Below, in pieces: positions 1 to 13,049 of a DNA stretch of 64,000 bases. The translations under genes were made by a program, and so were the position numbers. Within the stretch, counting starts at the first letter, position 1. Each line of letters opens with the position of its first letter. Source of the stretch: Octopus sinensis (Eukaryota). The DNA lies in assembly GCF_006345805.1 (NCBI RefSeq), contig NC_043002.1, positions 15,686,001 to 15,750,000 of the forward strand, given 5' to 3'. Below the pieces are notes generated by a model. That model was not told the origin of the DNA, searched no databases, and was given only the letters and a program-made list of their open reading frames with translations.

Positions 1-56
1 CTTCAATCATTTCCAACAATAATGTGTGCTGTGTATCCACTTTTATTCCATACAAT

Positions 57-381
57 GGATGGAATCACTCAGTAGGTTACGACGACGAGGGTTCCGGTTG
101 ATCTGAATCAACGGAACAGCCTGCTCGTGAAATTAACGCGTAAGTGGCTGAGCACTCCACAGACAGGTGTACCCTTGATGTAGTTGTCGGGGATATTCAG
201 CGTGACACAGAGAGTGACAAGGCCGGCCCTTTGAAATACAGGTACATCAGAAACAGGAAGCCTCGTGGAGCTTTAGGAGTTTTCGCTCAATAAACACTCA
301 CAACGCCCGGTCTGGGAATCGAAACCGCGATCCTATGACCGCGAGTCCGCTGCCCTAACCACTGGGCCATTGCGCCCCCAC
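57..381 (-). mobile_element. tRNA-derived SINE, family A (octopus OR-type), internally deleted
   Basis: Minus strand starts with a tRNA-like head with A box (TGGCCCAGTGG) and B box (GGTTTCGATTCC). 12-bp TSD ATTCCATACAAT at 45-56 and 382-393. Lacks an internal block present in the 2788-3175 copy. Confidence 0.85.
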
Positions 382-1118
382 ATTCCATACAATATATGTC
401 TCAGGACAGTGAGAGGAACGGTATATTTTTACGGTTTTGTATTTTTACTATCATTTATGATACATTCATAACAGAATCAATCGAAGCTTTCTTTCTTAAT
501 GAAATAAGATCGATAAAAAAGGAGACTGTATCAAACATCCACGGACAAAATGTGTTTGTCGTCTAAAAGTGTCTTTAAAAATAGGGAAGGAGTCACCAAA
601 TGATAAACTTTGCAATAACATGATAAATCTAATACTAACATCTGGTTTTAAAATAATCGAGAATATAAACACGTATAGATATTTACGATTGTTTCACGTG
701 AGATGTCTTGGTTCTAATCATTCCGTAAAGTTAACTATTTCGTGGTGGCAATGGGTCATAAGGATGCACTGGCTGAGAATGTAAAGTGCTACCTAAACAG
801 CAAGTTAGAAACAGTCATAATAATATAATTGCTACAATATTAGTGGGCCGTTTAGAATAAAATGAAACTTTATTTAAATATAAAAAAACTGTTTCAAAGA
901 GGAGTGTAAATAAAGTTTTAGAATTACTTATTTAAATACCAGAGGATAGTGAAATATTTTACAGACGGAATTATTTACATTCGATATAAGAAATTGTGTG
1001 GCTAATTTATTGATGTATGAATGCAGTAGAGTTTGACATTTTGTCAATTTAGAATTTACAGAATATCTGTTATACATACACAACAACACACACAGACACA
1101 GACACAGACACACGCACA

Positions 1119-1202
<84 letters not shown>

Positions 1203-2787
1203 TATATATACACCAAGTATTTGTTGTAAAATTTGCAAACAACACAACTGTTTTCAAAAATATACAAGAGGTTACAACTTTCCGCATTTGCAGAAAATAC
1301 ATAACCAAACAACAAAAAAAACATGTATATATCCTCGTATCCACACAGACACACACACACACGCACACACACACACAAAATACACACACATACACACTTA
1401 CACACACATACATGCACGCACATGAATACAGAAAGATGCATATTCTTTGGAATAGAAATAATTATAATTTTACGACGCACAGACTTAAAATTATTGATAT
1501 TTACATGTGTGGTAATCTCCCATATTGCATCCCGAGTTCCCTTACTATAATTAGAAAATATCAATGATTAATCAATTTCAAGGATTTATGTATTTAAATG
1601 GTGAATTATAAGTTACGCTCTTCACTTCAAAGAGTAGTTTAGGTGCCTTTTACAGGTCAGGAACAGTAGATTTTAAATTTTAAATTTCACATGAAAAGTT
1701 TAAAGATTATATATGTCTAAAAGCATTTCATTGTAAATTAAAGTTTCAGTGTCAAACGATATTAAAAGCTCTAAACTGAAATGTGTCCTTTCATAATGTC
1801 GTAACACATTCTGATCTTACTTTTAATAGTCCGCCTCATTAAATTCTAAATATTTTAGTGTTCAACCCGGAAATCCTGCATAAGCAGAAATATTACGTCT
1901 AGTGGACTGCTTCAGTAATATCTAATCTGTGCGTAAAGTTACATTTATAAATCTTCTATTGCATGAGTAATCAAATGCGTAGGTTTCACACATATAACTC
2001 CGGAAATTAGATCGTCAAACGATTTATACTAGAAATGTCTGACACAAGAATTTATTTCAAAGATTGCACTTTTAATAATATTTATGCAAACAGGAAAAAA
2101 AAATTGGTTTCTGCCATTTTATAAAAAAAATATTGACTGGCAGACAGAAGATTATGCTTCCATATTTCACATAAATAGCAATAAATATTGCTGCCTCTGT
2201 ATCATTTCGATTTTGTAACGATTCTTCGTTTATCTTTAACCTTCTTTTCACCCCTGTCTTTTAGATACTATATGCAATTTTACTATGAGCTAGAATTACA
2301 TGAGTGCTTGTACGCAAATCAACCGGTTACTCAAGTTTACCATGATTTGAGATTGTATAAATGTATACAACATACGATAATTCCATGACATCAATTGATT
2401 GGAAATTCACTCTATAAATAATTCTTTTCAAAGTAATTTCGTTAAAGGGGACATTCCTTAACGGTTCAATAGTAGCATTCAAGTTTGTGTGATTGGGATA
2501 TTCATATATTTTGAATAACTGTTAACGAACGCACAAAGCATGATGAAATATTATGCAACGCTAAATCGAATTGAAAAATTATAATGTAAAATCGTGTTTT
2601 AATCTCCCTGCACGTACATAGAACTAATACTCATATTGCTCACGCAAATGAAATGTGAAAATTTTGTTGCGGCATAATATAACGAATCTTAGAGTAAGAA
2701 GTGTTTTTAATGAATTGAAGGATGTAGAAGAGATCTTAGTTTTAAGTTATTCTAAAGAATAATTTAAAATAACTTAAATCTAAGAAT

Positions 2788-3175
2788 GGTATGGAAGCAC
2801 TCCGTCGTTTACGACGATGAGAGTTCCGGTTGATCCGAATCAACGGAACAGCCTGCTCGTGAAATTAACGCGTAAGTGGCTGAGCACTCCACAGACACGT
2901 GTACCCTTAACGTAGTTCTCGGGGATATTCAGCGTGACACAGAGAGTGACAAGGCCGGCCCCTTGAAATACAGGTACAACAGAAACAGGAAGTAAGAGTG
3001 AGAGAAAGTTGTGATGAAAGAGTACAGCAGGGATCACCACTATCCCCTGCCGGAACCTCGTGGAGCTTTTAGGTGTTTTCACTCAATAAACACTCACAAC
3101 GCCCGGTCTGGGAATCGAAACCGCGATCCTATGACCGCGAGTCCGCTGCCCTAACCACTGGGCCATTGCGCCTCC
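2788..3175 (-). mobile_element. tRNA-derived SINE, family A, full length
   Basis: Same head and body as the other family A copies. Exact 12-bp TSD AAATCTAAGAAT at 2776-2787 and 3176-3187. Confidence 0.9.
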
Positions 3176-4227
3176 AAATCTAAGAATAAGATGCTATATA
3201 ATATCTTGTATCTGAAACGTAGCGGAAAACCCTGTTTTTGATAAATATTCTTCCCAGCAATTAATAGTAGTATCATTGGTTTTCTTTAAATAAACCCGAT
3301 AAAAATTAACACCAGTTGCTTCCTCAATATAATGTCGTTTCTTTGGAATACAATAAATCTATAAAATTAATTTAGAGAATATAAAAGAAAACTAGGTAAC
3401 AGAATATATACAGGAATTATATTCAACAGACGAATGTAACTCTACACATGAAATAATTGCACTCTTAATTGAAAGGCAAGTTATCTGCAAATATGTTCAT
3501 AGTACTTGCACGAAGAGACGCAGCTTATATTTAAAGGAGCAAAAATCCACTCTACTTCATAATTAGAATTTATTTGGTATCTTAACTTTTGATGACAAAA
3601 GCAACATTGTAATTAACAACCTATTAGCTACAACCGCAAGGGCAATTAAGGACCACTGGAATGAAATAACTGAAGTTTGTGAATGTGCCAGTAAATAAAT
3701 TGGATATTATGAATCTGCCAGTAAATAAATTTAATATTGCGAAATAAAGATTTTCTTTATCGAGAGAACTGTATTCCTTCTAAAGGATCTCGTAATTGAA
3801 AGAATCTCAATAACTGAGAGCTGAAGAATCCAGAGAAAATGGCCGGGAATTCGGAATGAGACACTTGCATGTGACGCAACGCGATGAGATTCACACACAA
3901 CGACACACACTCACACACGCATACACACGTACACTCACACAAACACGCTCACACACAAACACGCTCATACGCACATACTCACAAATACACGCACACACAT
4001 ACACGCACTCACATACACGCACGTTCTTTTATTCTTATATTTTATTATGACACGTTTCTGTCATTTGACAATAGCGATGCTGAAGAACCAACTTAAAAGG
4101 TTTTATTCGATGAAATCGACCCCAAGACTTATTCTTTATAATCCTAGTAATTATTCCATCGGTCCCTTTACCGAACCACTAAGTTAGATCAGAATCGATT
4201 TTCAACAGACATGCAAAAATATATATA

Positions 4228-5099
4228 TCAGGCTGAGTAAAAAATAAGCAACGTTTTATTCAACGCAATATATTTCAACAAAGCGGAAATTGTACTCATC
4301 AAAGTAAGTGTCATTACAAACAACACATTTTTGCCATTAAGTTACAAGTTTGTTTATTCCGGTTACATAAAGATCTGGAATTCTGGAGCAGACAAACTCT
4401 TTGAACCCACTTTCAGGATCGGTTTGATTTTTGAACTCATTTCCTCGTATGAAACCTTCAATGTGCTTGAAAAATTAGGTGTCTCTAGGGGAAATGTCTG
4501 GAGAATAAGCTGGGTAGCGAAGAACTTCGTAGCAATGTTCCCTCAACATCTGTAGCGCCATTAGTGAAACGTGTGGTTGAGCATTGTCATAAAGAATTAT
4601 TTGACACGCTTCTGTTGCCCTGAATGTGACGGAAGAGTAGCCGTCTTTCGTTCATTTTCACAAATCCATGGCATTATGTTTCTGCAGTAATGAGTGTTTC
4701 TGTGTTTTAAGAAGTTATATCAGATGAATCCAGCAATACACTCCCAAACAGCCACCTTCTTTTTGATAAGCTCGGGTTTAGGGAAGGTTTTCGCTTCTTC
4801 ATTTTGGTTAACCACTGCGAAGAACATTTATCATGTTGTACAGAATCCAATTTTCATTGCAATTTACAATACGGCAGAGAAATGGATCGGTCTGTTTACG
4901 GAGAAGTTACGAGCAAATTTTATACCTGCAACAATATATGAATGTTAATTTATTGATGCATTTGGGCAAGTCCTTGTCTGTGTCATCTGAGAATTGCAAA
5001 ATCAAAACGAAAAAAAATGCTTAAAAATTTCAGAATCTGCAACAATCCGGTACAAATTCTTCATGGTTCAAAACGTTGCATACTTTTTATTTAAGCTGA
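4228..5099 (-). mobile_element. Degenerate mariner-type DNA transposon (internally deleted)
   Basis: Imperfect TIRs (TCAGGCTGAGTAAAAAATAAGCAACGTTTT / AAAACGTTGCATACTTTTTATTTAAGCTGA) flanked by TA. Minus strand gives a WILYN-like mariner remnant. Related to 54047-55245. Confidence 0.75.
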
Positions 5100-5242
5100 T
5101 ATGTATAACAATTTACTTTCACTTTCCGTCTATAAAATCCACGACGCTATAGTAGAAAGCATTTTCCCAAAGCCAATGCGCATAGAATGGGGTTGAAGCT
5201 GAAACCATGTGGTAAGGAAGCAAGATTTTTACCACTCCCACG

Positions 5243-5319
<77 letters not shown>

Positions 5320-5382
5320 TATATATATTATATATATATATACATACATACACATATATACATACATATATATATATATAAA

Positions 5383-5567
5383 AGGCGGCGAGCTGGCAGA
5401 ATCGTTAGCATGCCGGGCGAAATGCGTAGCCGTATTTCGTCGACTTTGCCTTTCATCCTTTCGGGTCGATAAATAAGTACCAGTAACGCACTGGGGTCGA
5501 TATAATCGACTTTGTCTGTCCTTGTTTGTCCTCTCTGTGTTTAGCCCCTAGTGGGTAGTAAAGAAAT
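5383..5567 (+). mobile_element. SINE family B, monomer with internal deletion
   Basis: GGCGGCGAGCTGGCAGAATCGTTAG head, GCCTTTCATCCTTTCGGGTCGATAAATAAGTACC body, TGTGTTTAGCCCC...TAAAGAAATA tail. Sits in (TA)n. Confidence 0.8.
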
Positions 5568-5641
5568 ATATATATATGTATACATACATATATATACATA
5601 TATATATATATATAAACACACATATATATATATATTTACAA

Positions 5642-6043
5642 GGCGGCGAGCTGGCAAAAACGTTAGCACGCCGAGCGAAATGCTTAGCGGTATTTCGTCT
5701 GCGTTACGTTGTGAGTTCAAATTCCGCCGAGGTCGACTTTGCCTTTCATCCTTTCGGGGTCGATAAATTAAGTACCAGTTACGCACTGGGGTCGATGTAA
5801 TCGACTTAATACCTATGTATGTCCTTGTTTGTCCCCTCTGTGTTTAGCCCCTTGTGGGTAATAAAGAAATACGTATTTCGTCTGCTGTTACGTTCTGAGT
5901 TCAAATTCCGCCGAGGTCGACTTTGCTTTTCATCCTTTCGGGTCGATAAATTAAGTACCAGTACGCATTGGGGTCGATATAATCGACTTTGTCTGTCCTT
6001 GTTTGTCCTCTCTGTGTTTAGCCCCTAGTGGGTAGTAAAGAAA
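5642..6043 (+). mobile_element. SINE family B, dimeric form
   Basis: Head plus body and tail, then a second body and tail starting at GTATTTCGTCTG (~5873). B-box-like GAGTTCAAATTCC in both units. Confidence 0.8.
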
Positions 6044-6811
6044 TATATATATATGTATACATATATATATACATACATATATATACATTATATATATATA
6101 TAAACACACATATATATATATATTTACAATTTTATTTTATTTTTCATTCTAATATTTACTCGTTGAAGCAACTATACCACCTGACCAAGGAGATGCTCCC
6201 ATGGTACTTAAGCATAGTGACGACACTGGTCACATCATATTCCTAAATTTGAACTGCAATTTTATGCAAATGCAAATACATTCAACATAGAGGCCGTCAC
6301 ATGACCGTGTATACGTACATACACATTGTCAAATACTTCGACTCACGCACACGTAAATGCATGGATATATTTATGATTGTATATATACTGAGAGAGACAG
6401 AGAGAAAGAGAGAGAGAAAGAGAGGAAGAGACAGAAATACAGACATATAGAGACAGAATAATAATGGTCCATAAATATCGAGTAATTACAAGAAACGTAT
6501 TTTGCAGGTGGTTTCATATTTAGATCACCATATGAATATTTACAAACAAAGAAATACAGTAAGCAGACAGCACGCATTGCAGTGTCTATGAAGGGTATAT
6601 TATAATCATTGAGGAAATAGAAGTGAATGTGGTTTACCAAAGTATGGAAGGACGAAACGATTTAAAACAGAAATGCATTCATATATATGCATGCAAATAC
6701 GCCTAAATACCTATGAAACGCGTATAACAATATATACATACATACACCATACACACATACACACAAACCGTAACTCTCACCACAAGTATATATATCTATC
6801 TATATATATAT

Positions 6812-6846
<35 letters not shown>

Positions 6847-6847
6847 C

Positions 6848-6881
<34 letters not shown>

Positions 6882-6882
6882 T

Positions 6883-6954
<72 letters not shown>

Positions 6955-6974
6955 AATGCACGTATGTATGTATG

Positions 6975-7032
<58 letters not shown>

Positions 7033-7196
7033 CAGAAGTGTGCACTGAGACATGCAAACTCTCCATTAAACTACACAATATTAATCTACTATACATCCTC
7101 AAAAACGCACAAAAGTTTGTGCACGTATATACAAGGACCACTCACAAAAATACATTCATACACCCATAGTCTTTGAGTGTGTATATATTACATACA

Positions 7197-7238
<42 letters not shown>

Positions 7239-7246
7239 ATATATAT

Positions 7247-7280
<34 letters not shown>

Positions 7281-8510
7281 CACACATACACAAACACACC
7301 TATACATACATATATATCTATATATATTTACGAAAATTGATAAAATGGTGGGCGAAGAGATAGATATATACAGGCTTACTCAAATACATACACATATGCA
7401 TACATGTTTACATACATACATTTATAGTTATATACATACTTATGCACACAAAACTTTATTTTGTTCATTGTCACGGTATAACTCATACCCAATTATTATG
7501 GATGTGTGTATTTGCGCGTTCGTGTGTCTATGGATAGAAATGCATTCATTAATAGACGTATATGAATTTGCCTATATACATATACATAAATATATTCATG
7601 TGTATATATTCATCTGAATGTATATATATAGATATGTAACTTCTATGTATATATGCGTGTGCGTGTTTGTGTAATATCTATATTTTTATCTGTGTATGAT
7701 TGTATTTGTTCTAAATACACTTATACATACAGGGACACTCGCACGCATGCAGCCCACTCACCCATCACACACATAGAAATATAGCGAAGGAGAGACAGAA
7801 ATAGAGAAATAGAGAGAGCGAGAGAGAACTATTTGTGTATGTGTGTGTACGTGTATGTGTATATATATTTGCGTGTATGTGTGTGTGTCTTTATGTTTAC
7901 GTGTGTGTATGTGCGTATATATCTGCGAGTTAATCTAATTGAAATTCTGTCAGGCAATAGTAATTTATATAATGAAGTTTCATTATACAAGCCATTCACC
8001 AGAAATCGACTATGCACTATTCTGTCGTCTTTAGAATGATGGTCAACTTTGACCGCAAGAGAGCTAATGTTATTTCCAAATTTGTTAAAATTTAGTCGAT
8101 ACGGACGAAAGAGGAAATGAAATTAATTAAGTATAATTTTCTTGCAGCAAAAAGGAAACAATTATATTTCTAAATAATTTTATAAATATTTACTAAATAA
8201 CAAATGCCATTCATTCGTTGCAATCTAATTGTTTTTCTGTACGCACATGTATGCTTACGCTGTTATTATATATCTGTATGCGCCCCTGTACAACGATTCC
8301 TGAATCCAATTAAGTAGACACACTAATAAATTTACGCATACATACACATATAAATACATGTGCGTGTGTAGACATAGAAATATATGCACATATGCTTGTA
8401 TGTATATGAATTTCGACGTATGATTGTATGCATACGCATGTGTCTGAATACATCCGTTTACATTGTATTATATATATATATATATATATATCTATATATA
8501 TATATTATAT

Positions 8511-8591
<81 letters not shown>

Positions 8592-8633
8592 GGTGTGTGT
8601 GTGAATATATATTTGTGTGTGTGCATGTATAGT

Positions 8634-8669
<36 letters not shown>

Positions 8670-10989
8670 GGTGGCTGTGAGTATATATTTGCGTGTGTGT
8701 ACGTATAGTTTTATATATATATATACATGTATGTATGCAAAAACACTTAAGAACGAGATACAAATCAATAAAACTAAAATAATATAAAATATTTTATTCA
8801 TATATGCCACTGGATGTATGAGCACACAGACGCAAACACACACGCATACACACAGACACAAACACACACACACATATATATATATTTATATGCATGCATA
8901 TAAATGCATACAACTATGTCACTCGAAATATTACTACACATGTGTTTGTATGCATGTGCTTCTGTAAGTCTGAACTGTTCGATAAAATTTTATATTTATT
9001 TTATAATATCACACGTTTATTATGTTATGTATCAGAATGTTTTTTTGGCGATATTTTACATTGTTTCCTTTTCTACGTTTCTCTCACAAACTTTTCATAT
9101 TTGGCCATCTTAAAAATTGCTATGTGCTGAGACTCTTTAACCTTCCATAAGTTCAAGTGCAATAATCACCACCAAACAATTGAAGCGAAACTACCACGTT
9201 GTTATATAACAAAACTTCATCAATACCAGAATAAGTAACAGCAATGACCACAAGGTTTATAAAATCTGTTTTGCTTTTCGCTTCTTCCACTTTGCCATTT
9301 TATCTTTATTTCATTATATGTTCTGGTTCTCCTTTTCGTTTTCCTGTTTTTGCTGTCTTTTTTCGTTGTATTTCCATGTAATTTCCAACGGCAGATAGAC
9401 TGTAGAAAATTTTATTACAACAGAATTGTGTTATAACTTTCTATTTCGATATTACATTCAGCATTATGACGAATTCAGCAGAATGCTTTATACCTCACGC
9501 TTTTTTATTATCTGTATCATCATAATATCTATTATCCTTAGGACCTCCATCGTCGCATTCAACATGAGTCCTATTGCCAATATCGTCACCGGCATCATCA
9601 TCAGTCTGAATAACGTAATTATCGTCAGCGCATCATCATCATGATCGAGGCCGTCACCATCATCATTGCATATCACATCATTTGCATTTTCATCACCACC
9701 GTCGTCATCTTAAGCGCTGTTAAAACTGCTGCATGATGCATCAGTGTACAGGAACGTTGTCGTGAGGTTTGGTGACACATCTCAGCTTTCAAATATATAT
9801 CTTACGAACCTTACTTAATTCAGGATTGCGCTTTTCCTGGGGTTTGCAATGTATGACAGAATTCAAATGGTTTTCAGTAACTTACGAAGCAGTTTGGATG
9901 TTGTTTCAAGTGCGCCAATTATCACAAGTATAATTGTCATATTTGTGTTTCAAAAAATCAGTGGCTAGGTCCTTCTATTTCTCAATTTTCTTATTTGTTT
10001 TTGTTTTTTTTCGTATCCACTTCTGCATAATACTGCAACGTGTATGATCTTACATTACCTATTTCAACCTGCAAAATTATATATGACCTTCTCGTTTCAA
10101 TAGTATTCATAGTTTTTTTTTCTGATGGATCACACAAAATCCTGTAATTATTATCTCCTATCACAAAACTCTGGTACGTTTTCAAACCCCTTTTCTACTA
10201 CTGTGAATCTACGTACTCGGTTTAGATCCTATTGCACGTCGTTATCTACACAGTTCTGCATAAAATTATAGTTTGTTTATTCTCGACTAGAACGTTCACC
10301 TTGGATCACCTTAAGATCGACACTATCTATGAATATGTGTTGATTTTGCTGCTTGTTTAAAGATTTCCACGAAGAACACTCGTTGATGACGTTTACTGGA
10401 TCTTGTAACAGCAAGGCTGCCTGTATTAAATGGGAAGATGTAAGGCTTTTCACTCAACTCACTCTACAGGAAAGTGTAGATTTGGTAGATTTATTTTGAG
10501 GAATCAACTGATGTGTAAGCGTGTCAATCCAATCTTACAACATACGACTGAAATTCATGTGGTCAGATTGACTACCTATCTGTATTGTCATCTTATTCTC
10601 TTACGTTAGGAATGAATAGCTAAGGTCGACGGCCATACAAATATCTTCACTGTAATCCTTGGATTTATTCCTTCAAAAGTTCGGAGTGATAAATAGGATG
10701 GTGGTTTTCGGCAATTTGAGGATCAGTCTAATTCCCATACATTGTATTCTCTATGAACCACATAGAAATCCACAGGAAACACTTTTCTTTCAGGCAATTC
10801 TCTGGTTGATTGTATAAGGTTTCACATGCTTTGTGAATAAAAAGCTACAGGGTTTTAATGCTTTCAGCAAAGTGTTCAATATCTGGATATCATTTCGAAA
10901 CGCCATTTACGAAAGTTATTAATAACTTTGTTCACATCCTCTAGGTTCTACGTATTACATGTTTGTATATCTACTTTGGTGTTGTTATC

Positions 10990-11150
10990 CCTATATTTAT
11001 AAGTCACAGGATGTGTGTCTGTCTGTGTGTTTGCCATGTTAAACCTTAAGGTACAACCAACCGATTTTAATGAAATTTTGCACATGTATTACATAGATTC
11101 CACGGAGTGTTATGGGCGAAACAAAGTTCCAACCTCTTGCCGAATGCAAG
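10990..11150 (+). mobile_element. Possible Helitron-like non-autonomous repeat, 5' part
   Basis: CCTATATTTATAAG...GTGTGTCTGTCTGTGTG...AACCGATTTTAATGAAATTTTGCACA resembles invertebrate Helitron 5' regions (recalled). No 3' CTAG end identified. Confidence 0.3.
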
Positions 11151-11812
11151 CTCACAGGTATTATAAACTGCATTTTTAAAGCTCTTCCGCAGCGTTAAGG
11201 CCCGTAAATAGGAAAGTATCCTGTCGCTTTTCTCCAAATTTGCAACAAAATTTATCAGGTCGAATATGGACCTCGCCGAAAAAGCAGATTAATCAGATTT
11301 GCGTATATTGCAATGGGTTTTCCCTTTGTTTTAGGCCATTTTACGACGATAAAATATTGAAAATACGTAGGTATTATATGTAGGGCATAATATTTGATGA
11401 AAACCTTTTTGTCCAGTTTGGCAGAGGAAATAAGAAGAACATTAAAATTTATGTCAGCGCCCTGTTGATCGTTCATGTTATCATCCCACGTACCAGCACC
11501 CCCGGGCCTTGTGCATGTGCATGCGGCCGGTTAAGAGCACAACAAACACATTCATCCATTCTCCAGAAGGGCCTACATGATGTTTAAAGTTGTCAATCTT
11601 GCGCAACGCAGTATGGACAGGCAGCATGTTTGCTTTCTATGTTTTCCATGCATGAACTATATAAAGAAAAATGTTCATCCAAAAATCTCACAGTTGTTGT
11701 GACTCACATCCATTTGAGTTTGATCGGGTGATCACGTCCGGAAGCTACGATCGCCACCTGCAATTAGTCCCCCTCTCCCTTTCCTCACCCCTGTTTATTC
11801 GGACGAGTAAAT

Positions 11813-12290
11813 ACAGGGTGTCCCACAATTAATGATGATTTCAGTGAAATCGGATGTTTTCTTAAGCTCATATCTATTTCCGGTTATCATGTTAACATGT
11901 GTTAAAAAGTATATAAATTTTGAATTTTGTTTATAATTTTACTTTCATTCTTGTTGGACCCCTCCTATTTCTCCAAGGCACCATTTTGTTAATTTCGCAG
12001 CAAACATTTGTTTTATACCGCCATCCCCAGATGGACCAATCATTTAGCTTAGCTTAAAGAACACATTCACATAGCAGTGAAGGAGCTAACTCCTAAAATG
12101 CTTCAGAATGTGTCTCACAACGCTAAGGAAAGATGGAAGTATGCAGGGATATAGACATGTTGAATTTTTTTTTAATTTCGACTTATGATTTATAACTCTA
12201 TTTGTTTTGGTGATTAACATAAAAGTCTCTCATTTTTTTTAATTGCTGAATTTCATTGAAACAGATAGTTAATTCTGAAACACTCTGTTA
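11813..12290 (+). mobile_element. Degenerate Tc1/mariner deletion derivative
   Basis: Imperfect TIRs CAGGGTGTCCCACAATTAA / TTAATTCTGAAACACTCTG. Internal remnant resembles a transposase C-terminus (LK..I..A...LTPKMLQNV...RW). Confidence 0.5.
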
Positions 12291-12574
12291 GTGTAGCATT
12301 GTTGGTTGTTGCATTGCTCAAGTAAATATTAAAATCAAAGGTTTTCTCGCCGTAAACGTCCCATCTTTTTGTTAAGGTTTTTTATATCATGGAGAATATT
12401 ATCGAAAATGCATCACTCATATTTAGACGTGGCTGTGTGGTTGAGAAACTTGCTTTCTAACAGCGCCGACCAAAGGCTTTTTTATAATATAATTGCAATT
12501 GCTGTATTGATATATAAAATAATACACGCAACTCATTTATCATTGTTATATAATGAACAAACATAAGTTCGTGT

Positions 12575-12870
12575 ATGAAAAGAAACAAAAAGTACTCTGA
12601 ATTGAAAGTGGAAATGGCAAAACTGTATGGAATGCGAGAGGTTAATGTAAAAGTGATACCAGTGGTGATCGGAGCATTGGGCTCAATCCCACTGAAACTT
12701 CAAAACTTCTTAAGACAACTGGAAATCCCATGAAAGATTGATGTCCTGCAAAAAGCAGCCTTAATGGTCATAGCGCACATCTTAAGGAAATTATTATTAG
12801 TCCGAGGTCCTTGTTGTCAGTCGACTAAAAGCTACGGTGCATCTTTACCTACACTCTGTTACGAAGGAAT
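12575..12870 (+). mobile_element. 3' fragment of an R4/Dong-like non-LTR retrotransposon (REL C-terminus plus 3' UTR)
   Basis: One frame from 12575 reads KKYSELKVEMAKLYGMREVNVKVIPVVIGALGSIPLKLQNFLRQLEIP*KIDVLQKAALMVIAHILRKLL, then (GAT/GAC)n and (TAA)n. Confidence 0.8.
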
Positions 12871-12916
12871 AATGACGATGAGGATGATGACGACGACGAC
12901 GACGATGATGTTAATG

Positions 12917-12979
<63 letters not shown>

Positions 12980-13049
12980 TAAGGATTGACTATAATAATA
13001 ATAATAATAATAATAAGGATTGACTATAATAATAATAATAATAATAATA

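Noticed and set aside
3100-3175. tRNA genes at the SINE heads
   Set aside because: They have A and B boxes but no complete cloverleaf, and they continue into SINE bodies bounded by TSDs.
5642-6043. SINE B tandem units as a retrozyme or CRISPR-like array
   Set aside because: GACGAAA is present on the minus strand but there is no CUGANGA-type core. The repeats are whole SINE bodies without unique spacers, in a eukaryotic context.
10200-10900. Higher-complexity stretch that might be a TE or an exon
   Set aside because: No recognisable motif in the frames I checked. A BLASTx search is needed.
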